From the IMG/VR virus record IMGVR_UViG_3300030329_004647, positions 1 through 64,000 of that record: a stretch of 64,000 nucleotides of DNA; one strand, given 5' to 3'. Positions 56,416-63,876 of this stretch are shown here, piece after piece (the stretch's first letter is position 1; each line of letters begins with the position of its first letter). A program made the translations under genes and the position numbers. The notes beneath the pieces are model-generated. The model was given only the letters and a program-made list of their open reading frames with translations, searched no databases and had not been told where the DNA came from.

Positions 56416-57417
56416 ATGAGACAATCAAAAATACTACAAATTATACGGGAAGAAATAGACCACCAAGAAAACGGACTTATTTTTGAGGGAGTAAATTCTT
56501 ATACCCCTACAAAGGGATATAGGAATAACCAACTTATAGAAGTTTATGATAGTAAGGGTAAACAACTTATTAATGAAGGAATGATTGATACTGTACAAAG
56601 TGTTTTAGATTATGCGGGATTTATTCCTGGTATTGGAGACCTTTTAGATGGGGTAAACGCTTTAATTTATATGATAAGAAAAAAGTATTTTTTAGGTGTA
56701 ACTTCTTTAGTTGCGGTTATTCCAGCTGTAGGAAGTGTGATAGCAGCACCATTTAAAGCAGCACACAAATTATTAGGTAAGGCAGCGAATAAATTAGGGA
56801 GTATTTTAGGTAAAATGGTTTCTAATGGTAAGAGTGCAGCTTCAGAATTGATAAAATTGTTACAAAGTGGTGGAACCAAACTTAAAGGGGTGACTGATAA
56901 AATTTATAAAGCTATTTCTAAAAATGTATCTAAAATAAACTCATTCTTAGATAAAGTCATACCAACACTAAATAATAAAATAAAAGATTATTCATGGGGT
57001 TATTTTGCATTACCAAATGCATTTGTTAAATCAGGAAACGCTATCATTAAACAAATGAAACAATTTTTTACACAATTAGGTAAACCAGCGTCCTATCAAG
57101 TTAGTAAAAAAGTAGCAAAGAGTGAGGTAAAGAAAGAACTTAAACCAGAAGAAAAAAAGACTAATTATAAAAACTATATAGCAAAATTAAGTAAAAAATA
57201 CAATGTACTCCGATATGGTAAAGAAAATGATTGGGGACAAAATAGATATGCGTTTTATAATAAAGATTGGCATTTTATTTGTCCAGATGGTTCTACGGGA
57301 AAAGCTTGTACCACTAGTAAAACCAAAGAGTTTACTCATGGTATTGTAAAACTCGCTGACGATAATAAAGCTAAGATAGCTCTAAAAAATTATATGGACG
57401 CTAAAAAAACAGCTTAA
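56416..57417 (+). CDS. leader-bearing protein with pre-toxin TG-like domain
   Basis: INE|GMIDTVQSVLDYAGFIPGIGDLLDGVNALIY...LVAVIPAVG; basic C-terminus. Confidence 0.7.
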   Translation: MRQSKILQIIREEIDHQENGLIFEGVNSYTPTKGYRNNQLIEVYDSKGKQLINEGMIDTVQSVLDYAGFIPGIGDLLDGVNALIYMIRKKYFLGVTSLVAVIPAVGSVIAAPFKAAHKLLGKAANKLGSILGKMVSNGKSAASELIKLLQSGGTKLKGVTDKIYKAISKNVSKINSFLDKVIPTLNNKIKDYSWGYFALPNAFVKSGNAIIKQMKQFFTQLGKPASYQVSKKVAKSEVKKELKPEEKKTNYKNYIAKLSKKYNVLRYGKENDWGQNRYAFYNKDWHFICPDGSTGKACTTSKTKEFTHGIVKLADDNKAKIALKNYMDAKKTA

Positions 57418-58512
57418 ATGAAAGATATAATTAAAAAAATATTAAGAGAACAAATTTCTACTGAATTAGAACAAGACCTTAATGCTTTTCATCCAGATTT
57501 ATTTGAATTAGAAGAAGGTAAAAAGAAGAAGAAAAAAAAGAAAAAAGCTAAGAGAGACGCTTGTTATCATAAAGTTAAAAGTAGATATAAGGTTTGGCCT
57601 TCAGCTTATGCTTCAGGAGCTCTTGTTAAATGTAGAAAGGTTGGAGCAAAAAATTGGGGTAATAGTACAAAAGAAGGGGTTAAGTTAGATGAAGGAATGT
57701 ATGGTATGTCAGAACCATTAGATTATGTTGTAGTAGATATGAGAAATTTAAGACCACTCATGATGAACTATGGAGATGGTCAATATTATGAAAAATGGCA
57801 AACAGAATTAGACGCTCAAAAATCAGCAGACGACTTAAATAGAGCTTACCAAAAAACATATGGTGCGGTAGAAGGACCCCATGTTGTTATGTATAAATCT
57901 GATTACTTTACTGAAAAAAGAAAAGAAGATATGATGGAGGGTAAGAAGAGAAAGTTAACCAAAAAACCTAGTTCAGAAACAAGTTTAAGAGATTGGTTTG
58001 GTAGAAAAGGTGCTAAAGGAAGTACTGGAGGTTGGGTAGATTGTAACGCACCAGATGGGAAAGGTGGTTATAAATCTTGTGGAAGAAAAGAAGGTGAAAG
58101 TAGAAAAAAATACCCAGCATGTAGACCTACACCAGCTGCATGTAAAAGTAAAGGAAAAGGAAAAAAGTGGGGTAAAAAGAGTAAAAATGAATCTATAACA
58201 GAACAATATGGTAATTTTGTTAGATGGGGTGAGTTAATAACCGAGGCAGAGTATAAAGGTAGAAAAGTAAAACTTAATAAACCAACTAGAGGTGATGTTA
58301 AGAAGTTTAAGGTTTATGTTAAAAACGATAAAGGTAATGTAGTTAAAGTTAACTTTGGTCATGGAGGTACTTCGGCAAAAAAGAGAGGAGAAAAAACAAT
58401 GAGAATTAAAAAAAGTAATCCTGAAAGAAGGAAAGCTTTTAGAGCGAGACATAATTGTGACAACCCAGGACCAAAATGGAAAGCTAGATATTGGTCATGT
58501 AAAGCTTGGTAA
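57418..58512 (+). CDS. leader-bearing fusion of small basic Cys-containing modules
   Basis: MKDIIKKILRE|Q; WPSAYASGALVKC; GGWVDC..KYPACRP; EAEYKGRKVKLNKP..RARHNC..RYWSCKAW. Confidence 0.75.
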   Translation: MKDIIKKILREQISTELEQDLNAFHPDLFELEEGKKKKKKKKKAKRDACYHKVKSRYKVWPSAYASGALVKCRKVGAKNWGNSTKEGVKLDEGMYGMSEPLDYVVVDMRNLRPLMMNYGDGQYYEKWQTELDAQKSADDLNRAYQKTYGAVEGPHVVMYKSDYFTEKRKEDMMEGKKRKLTKKPSSETSLRDWFGRKGAKGSTGGWVDCNAPDGKGGYKSCGRKEGESRKKYPACRPTPAACKSKGKGKKWGKKSKNESITEQYGNFVRWGELITEAEYKGRKVKLNKPTRGDVKKFKVYVKNDKGNVVKVNFGHGGTSAKKRGEKTMRIKKSNPERRKAFRARHNCDNPGPKWKARYWSCKAW

Positions 58513-58514
58513 CT

Positions 58515-59108
58515 ATGAAACTCCTAGATGTGTTATCGGAACAAATAGAAAGTAATTCTAATCAAGTAGAAAAAAGACTTAGAACACTATTCAGTGCAAT
58601 GCAGGACATCAAAGGAATAGACAACGTCGTGGGGTGTATATCATCAGAAAAATCTAGAGAAAATTGTATGGGTCGTCAGGGGTATATTGTAACCCAAACT
58701 GAGGTTTTGTCATTATTAAGATTATTTGGATATAATGCTTTGGATAAGATGAGATTTGACCAATTTGACATGTTTTATTGGTTAGCTACTTGTTTTATAG
58801 CGAACGGTGGTTACGCAAGGACTTTTAGTCAAGGACCTCTAGAGGCAGTTAATTTAGAAATAAATGTGAGAGAAATGCAAGCTGAATATGATGAAGAACG
58901 TATAGAAACAAGAGAGGGATGGGGTGATTTATATGATATGAGTGATGATGAGGATGCTAAACAATATTATTTAGATAATTTTGAGAGTTTAATGACGGAT
59001 AATGAACACCTAGATGATGATTGGGGTGATATAATAGATGTAAGAAACCCACAGGTAGTTGCACATAGAATAATAAAACTCAACCCTGAATGGATAGGAC
59101 TAAAATGA
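58515..59108 (+). CDS. leader-bearing acidic-domain protein (start moved to MKLLDVLSE|Q)
   Basis: LLRLFG...acidic tail resembles the SDTLKLYG family. Confidence 0.7.
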   Translation: MKLLDVLSEQIESNSNQVEKRLRTLFSAMQDIKGIDNVVGCISSEKSRENCMGRQGYIVTQTEVLSLLRLFGYNALDKMRFDQFDMFYWLATCFIANGGYARTFSQGPLEAVNLEINVREMQAEYDEERIETREGWGDLYDMSDDEDAKQYYLDNFESLMTDNEHLDDDWGDIIDVRNPQVVAHRIIKLNPEWIGLK

Positions 59109-59821
59109 AAGATTTAATTAAAAAAATATTAAAAGAAGAATTGTTAACTGAATCTGCGTTTACACAAGAAATTGCTGTAGACCTATGGAAAAATGTTCTT
59201 GCGTATCCACAAAATAGAACTAAAAAAACTTATGATTACTTAGATTATGTTGATGGAGAAACAGCATTTGGTGCTTTACACTGGACTACCAGTGGATTTC
59301 CACAACTCTATGAGATTATGGGTAATACTATAACTAAACATTATTTTGGTAAAACTGTAGAAGAAATGATAGAGTTTAGTAAGAGTGTAAATGGTGAAGA
59401 ATTAGAGTATGAATGGTGGGAAGACGGTATGAACGACTTTATAAATGGACCTTACAACGAATCCGTCCAAAATCAAGCAATCCATGATAAATTCAGTCAA
59501 AAATTTGCTAGGAGTAAATATGGTGGTGTAATAAATAAATGGACAACACTAAGAGAATTTGCTATAGGAATGTCTTTAATTAATTCTGCTCCGGCGTGTT
59601 TTTTAAGAGGAAAACAATATGGGTGGGACGCTGAAGAAATGATGAGAGATTATTGTAAAGGTACTGGAGAGAAAAGTAATATTCCATCTTCTGAAGAATC
59701 CGGCTGTTATAAAACAAGGGGGTGTAGAAGTAGATGTGAAAACATCAATAAATTTTATCCAGCGCCTAGTAAAAGTGGTTATGTCTGGTCTGACGAAGAA
59801 CATGATAAGTATTGTTCATGA
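59105..59821 (+). CDS. leader-bearing protein, possible lysozyme-like fold
   Basis: MKDLIKKILKE|E; DGETAFGALHWT motif; Cys-rich C-terminus. Confidence 0.6.
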   Translation: MKDLIKKILKEELLTESAFTQEIAVDLWKNVLAYPQNRTKKTYDYLDYVDGETAFGALHWTTSGFPQLYEIMGNTITKHYFGKTVEEMIEFSKSVNGEELEYEWWEDGMNDFINGPYNESVQNQAIHDKFSQKFARSKYGGVINKWTTLREFAIGMSLINSAPACFLRGKQYGWDAEEMMRDYCKGTGEKSNIPSSEESGCYKTRGCRSRCENINKFYPAPSKSGYVWSDEEHDKYCS

Positions 59822-60354
59822 GACGGTTAATCCAAAGAATACTCCTAGAAGAAACAACCTCTAAAGTTTTATTAGTTTTCGGTGGTATAAATCAAGCTAC
59901 TCCAGAATGGATGGGGAATCAAATTCCTAGTAGAATTAAAAATCAGTACGATAAAATAATCCTCAAAAGTTATAGAAGTAGAGATTTGTTAGAATCAATA
60001 GACTCTCTTAAAGAAATGAAAAACACCAATATTAGTGTAGTAGGTTTTTCACAAGGAGGTCTCAATACCTACAGATTAGCCAATAGTGGTGTAAAGTTAG
60101 ACTTTCTAGGTTTAATAGACCCATCAGTTAAAAGTGACTGGTCATTAAAAGGATTTCCTTCCGGTCGAAATTCTGTGTTATTCTACAATAATAAAAACTG
60201 GGGTAAACAGTACTATGACAAATACATTGTGTGGAGAAATGAATTAGCGGAAGAGATGAGAAGTAGTGGTATGGAAGTAGTAGAAGAAGATTTAAATCCA
60301 CATATAAATGACCATATGTTATTCCCTAGAGAATTTTTTAATAGGTTTATGTAG
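59818..60354 (+). CDS. leader-bearing alpha/beta hydrolase
   Basis: MRRLIQRILLE|E; nucleophile elbow VVGFSQGG; LIDPS; C-terminal His. Confidence 0.75.
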   Translation: MRRLIQRILLEETTSKVLLVFGGINQATPEWMGNQIPSRIKNQYDKIILKSYRSRDLLESIDSLKEMKNTNISVVGFSQGGLNTYRLANSGVKLDFLGLIDPSVKSDWSLKGFPSGRNSVLFYNNKNWGKQYYDKYIVWRNELAEEMRSSGMEVVEEDLNPHINDHMLFPREFFNRFM

Positions 60355-60465
60355 TAAAAGGGGTAGGGGAAATTCAATGGTTCCGGTTGTTGTTTTATTA
60401 TAGATAATTCGAGTATCGACAATCCCCTCAGGTTTACCACTACGTGGTCGTTACATTCACTTCGT

Positions 60466-61038
60466 TCATTTCACTAAACTTTCGGGAATTATCAATTCTC
60501 CAATTATCATTAGAAATAAACATATTATCAGAAAAATAATTCCCATCATAAAATATAGTTTTAAATTTAATATTGTACCAATAAATTTATTATCCCTATA
60601 GTGACCAGAAAAAGCATCTAGTTTTTCAGCTTGTTTAAAAACAGAAACCTTAATATCTAAATCTATTCCTTCGTTTAAGAATATTAACATAGCAGCTCTG
60701 TGAAAACCATCTAATATATTCCCATCTTCATTTACGGTGATATAATGATATTTTTCTGGGTCATAACCATTATCTAAAATACTATTATATAATTCTTCCC
60801 AGTTATATGTGGTTCTACCTTTTTTCCTAGCATCTTTAGTTAAAGATATTATGTTTTCTTTTTTTCCCTCTACATTTTCTGATATAAACTTTAAATGAGC
60901 TCTAAGTGTGTGATTCTTTTCTTTTAGTTCTGATAGTTTATATGTACGGTATTCAGAATGCATTTTACTAAAGAAATCAACTTTAATATTTTGCCAATAC
61001 CCCCTTTTAAGTTTTTTCCATATAGATTTTATACTCAT
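60466..61038 (-). CDS. ParB/Srx-like domain protein with C-terminal TM helix
   Basis: LYNSILDNGY...ITVNEDGNILDGFHR. Confidence 0.7.
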   Translation of the reverse strand: MSIKSIWKKLKRGYWQNIKVDFFSKMHSEYRTYKLSELKEKNHTLRAHLKFISENVEGKKENIISLTKDARKKGRTTYNWEELYNSILDNGYDPEKYHYITVNEDGNILDGFHRAAMLIFLNEGIDLDIKVSVFKQAEKLDAFSGHYRDNKFIGTILNLKLYFMMGIIFLIICLFLMIIGELIIPESLVK

Positions 61039-61409
61039 TTTAATAACTTTTTTAGTTTTCTAGTTATATCTTTTATCTGTGTTTTTAATTTTCCACGATT
61101 ATTTTTTACTTTCAATAGTTGTTTAAACACCCACTCCAAGGTAAGATAACATAAAATAGGCCACACAATCGACCAAACTATATACAATACAAACCAACTG
61201 TCAGTTAAATCAGTATTACTCATATCAACATATTTACCCCAGGATAATGATATTATATCTATTAGACACATTAATACCATCACAGGTATTACTAATCTTC
61301 TAAATGTTTTTACAGGATGAAATTTAAAGGACCTTTTTAAGTTCTTTATTCCAGACCATAAGGTATCCAATATGTACTCCGTGTCTATGTCTCTACCTTT
61401 CCACTTCAT
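61035..61409 (-). CDS. 2-TM membrane protein
   Basis: two hydrophobic segments. Confidence 0.65.
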   Translation of the reverse strand: MKWKGRDIDTEYILDTLWSGIKNLKRSFKFHPVKTFRRLVIPVMVLMCLIDIISLSWGKYVDMSNTDLTDSWFVLYIVWSIVWPILCYLTLEWVFKQLLKVKNNRGKLKTQIKDITRKLKKLLK

Positions 61410-61416
61410 ATCTTTA

Positions 61417-61491
61417 CTAATCCCAAAACTCTGTAATAAAGTCCATAAAATCGTCCCACCATTCTCCTAATTTATCTAATAAATTCTCCAT
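61417..61491 (-). CDS. 24-aa peptide (not in ORF track)
   Basis: MENLLDKLGEWWDDFMDFITEFWD, amphipathic, fills gap in operon. Confidence 0.4.
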   Translation of the reverse strand: MENLLDKLGEWWDDFMDFITEFWD

Positions 61492-61495
61492 ATAA

Positions 61496-61795
61496 TTATC
61501 TATTTCCTGTTATAATGTTAAGTAAATACTTAAGAGCAAAGATGGTTATAAATAAACCACTTATCACTAATAAAGCGTCCCACAACTTTAACCACAATGC
61601 TGGGTCAGTAATACCATCAGGACATGTATTACACGGTGTTCCATCTCCAAAGTCTTCGTTAATTTGTTTAGTAATATTATACTCTTCAAATGGGTTCCAA
61701 CCAAAGGTAAAACTTATGATACTTAGAACCAAAGGTAGTAACATAAATATGGAAAAATTAATCCAAAATAGTTTAGTTTTTAATAGTTTTATCAT
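61496..61795 (-). CDS. 2-TM membrane protein with CxxC loop
   Basis: TM-CNTC-TM. Confidence 0.65.
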   Translation of the reverse strand: MIKLLKTKLFWINFSIFMLLPLVLSIISFTFGWNPFEEYNITKQINEDFGDGTPCNTCPDGITDPALWLKLWDALLVISGLFITIFALKYLLNIITGNR

Positions 61796-61799
61796 AATA

Positions 61800-61830
61800 C
61801 AAATATACTATATAATTAGGTCAAGTCAAA
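61800..61830 (-). promoter_or_regulatory. Bacteroidota-type -33/-7 promoter
   Basis: TTTG (61830-61827), 19 nt, TATATTTG (61807-61800), TATT, ATG 61795. Confidence 0.75.
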
Positions 61831-61839
61831 GTTTTTTCG

Positions 61840-61847
61840 TATATTTG
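61840..61847 (+). promoter_or_regulatory. Bacteroidota-type -7 element (divergent)
   Basis: TATATTTG before gene 61893. Confidence 0.6.
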
Positions 61848-61892
61848 TATATAGAAAGTAAGTAAGTATTAACCCTTTAAAATTTATCAATC

Positions 61893-62216
61893 ATGACATA
61901 CAACAAGATATCCAATCAATACAATGAAATTAAGGAAATAATTAATATAATCAAGGGTAATATTAATTCACTAAAATCACAGTTAGGTATGTGTGAAGCA
62001 CAGATAACATTCGGGGATAAGAGAGTAAAAACAAAATATAGAAAAGAAGAAACTTACTTAGTAAAGAAACTTAAACAAGAGATGTGTGACTTAAGAATGT
62101 ACAAGGACGGTATTACATTACTAAAGAAATATAAAAACGTAGGAGAAATGTTAGGGGTCGTAGTAAAGGTAAAGATATTCTCAAATGACGGGGTATTAAA
62201 AGTAATAACTAAATAA
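61893..62216 (+). CDS. hypothetical coiled-coil protein
   Basis: ORF after promoter. Confidence 0.6.
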   Translation: MTYNKISNQYNEIKEIINIIKGNINSLKSQLGMCEAQITFGDKRVKTKYRKEETYLVKKLKQEMCDLRMYKDGITLLKKYKNVGEMLGVVVKVKIFSNDGVLKVITK

Positions 62217-62345
62217 TAGTCACTCTATAGAAGAATATAATAAAAGGGAATAAGAACAACTCAATAATGAGTATATATAATATTCCCTTTTTTAATGCCT
62301 ATAAGAATAAGGTATTAGTAATTCTTCAACTAACAGACTATATGA

Positions 62346-62555
62346 TTAATTACTTTCTTCTTTATTGTCATTCTCCATATCTTCTAATGTACGACCATCC
62401 CTTTCAGGAATCCATATACTTTCATCCTTCCATACAGAACCATAGTGTTCTTTTATCCATTTGTTATAGTAGTATTCATCATCCATATAATCATCATTGG
62501 AATCATACGTATATCCAGTATCGTTTGATAGAAGAAATTGTTTAGTTTTACTCAT
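62346..62555 (-). CDS. small acidic protein
   Basis: ORF after promoter 62593-62624. Confidence 0.55.
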   Translation of the reverse strand: MSKTKQFLLSNDTGYTYDSNDDYMDDEYYYNKWIKEHYGSVWKDESIWIPERDGRTLEDMENDNKEESN

Positions 62556-62592
62556 AGTGTATATGTATATTTCGTTTATAAATAGTTGTATA

Positions 62593-62624
62593 CAAAGATA
62601 CGAAAATAGTCCTAAACAACCAAA
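62593..62624 (-). promoter_or_regulatory. Bacteroidota-type -33/-7 promoter
   Basis: TTTG, 20 nt, TATCTTTG. Confidence 0.7.
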
Positions 62625-62971
62625 GAAAATAAGTTTAAAAACATTAGTCTTTTGGTTGAAGGTAAGTACCCCGCTCCTTGCAATATAAAGAGGTTTTTAG
62701 AGAGTTTCTAGATATTTATATATAGTTACTTAACTAACCCATAACCTATTCCATAACCCCCTTATTTTATCGTATTCCACATATTACCACTTTCTACCAC
62801 CATTTACCACTATAATTCCCTATAGTGATATTGTTAGAGGGAATTTCACACAATATGACACTATGTATATAGGAGGTAAAAACCGTCAAAGGGTCTGTGT
62901 CGTCCGCGAAGTGTGACTGACATTCTGACAAAGTCAAGTATTTCGACCACTATTTACTAACAAAATTCCCC

Positions 62972-62986
62972 CTGACAATGTGTCAG
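62972..62986. repeat. inverted repeat CTGACA-N3-TGTCAG (operator-like)
   Basis: perfect 6-bp arms; further CTGACA copies at 62917 and 62925. Confidence 0.55.
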
Positions 62987-63150
62987 AAGGGTTTTATAAA
63001 GGGAAAATATATGGTACCATAACGGGTAGTTACTAACAACGACAAATAGTCATGTGTTTTATTTGGCCATGTCAAAAAAAAGTTGTACCTTTAGGTTGTG
63101 GGAGGGTGGGTAGTATACTATTAAAAAGGAGTTTAGGGACAAAAAAAATA

Positions 63151-63540
63151 TCACCATCTGTGATATCTTTTCTTCGGTGGGTATACATCTGTACAACTAG
63201 AGTCCTTACCGAACTTAATCGTCTTAAGTTTTACACTAGTAGGGAATCCCCATAGACGGGTCCAAGAACTTACTAAGTTACCCACACCATTATATTCTCT
63301 ACGTAGGAAAGTTCTAATATCTTTAATCCCATAAGTGTGACATCCTCTCCATCCCCCATTAACACATTGTACTTCAGCATGTACAGTGATATCCACTTCT
63401 GTGTAAGGTCTACCCCATCTTGGGTTTACTTGTCTCGCTCTAGTTACTCTTACGTTAAGGTTTCTAATATACCCTCCGTCGTTCCCCCTCAGCAGGGAGG
63501 TCTGTAGTTTCTTATTTAATTGTCTCTTGGTCATATTCAT
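63151..63540 (-). CDS. hypothetical basic protein
   Basis: ORF starting 4 nt after promoter. Confidence 0.65.
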   Translation of the reverse strand: MNMTKRQLNKKLQTSLLRGNDGGYIRNLNVRVTRARQVNPRWGRPYTEVDITVHAEVQCVNGGWRGCHTYGIKDIRTFLRREYNGVGNLVSSWTRLWGFPTSVKLKTIKFGKDSSCTDVYPPKKRYHRW

Positions 63541-63544
63541 ACTG

Positions 63545-63576
63545 TAAAGATACGAATTTAATTCCGTACTACCAAA
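63545..63576 (-). promoter_or_regulatory. Bacteroidota-type promoter (variant -7)
   Basis: TTTG, 20 nt, TATCTTTA, CAGT, ATG 63540. Confidence 0.65.
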
Positions 63577-63641
63577 ATAATATGGGGTTTTTTTAAAATA
63601 AAAAGCAGGGTGTCCCCTTATGGTCCGTCCACATCTTAATA

Positions 63642-63673
63642 CAAAGATACAAAAAATATTTTAACTATACAAA
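63642..63673 (-). promoter_or_regulatory. Bacteroidota-type -33/-7 promoter
   Basis: TTTG, 20 nt, TATCTTTG. Confidence 0.65.
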
Positions 63674-63738
63674 TTTTTAGGGTAGTATTTAAATTGGGAC
63701 TGACGGGTAATAACATTAACACTAAGAATAATAATATA

Positions 63739-63876
63739 CCCCCTGCTTCCCCTATATATAATCTCCAAATGGCTCCCCCCTTATATATCCCCTATGCTGC
63801 CCCCTTATTTAGGGGGCCCCTCCCCCCGCTCCGTATCCCCTCTTACATATAGGTTTTGGGCGGGTGTTTAGGGGGG
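63739..63876. repeat. C-run/G-run island
   Basis: eight C runs of 4-6 nt, GCCCCC-TTATTTA-GGGGGC hairpin, G6 run. Confidence 0.7.

Noticed and set aside
7879-59812. ORF-track start positions 7879, 9620, 34046, 37734, 41856, 53010, 58506, 59090, 59812
   Set aside because: They overlap upstream genes or promoters; downstream ATGs match promoter spacing and leader motifs better
1836-62688. Many short ORF-track entries antisense or out of frame to well-supported genes (e.g. 1836-2030, 2427-2843, 7442-7795, 13064-13336, 14052-14405, 21099-21395, 37177-37581, 45895-46206, 57985-58206, 61515-61865)
   Set aside because: They are shadows of strong coding genes, with no motifs or promoters and with codon-mirror amino-acid composition
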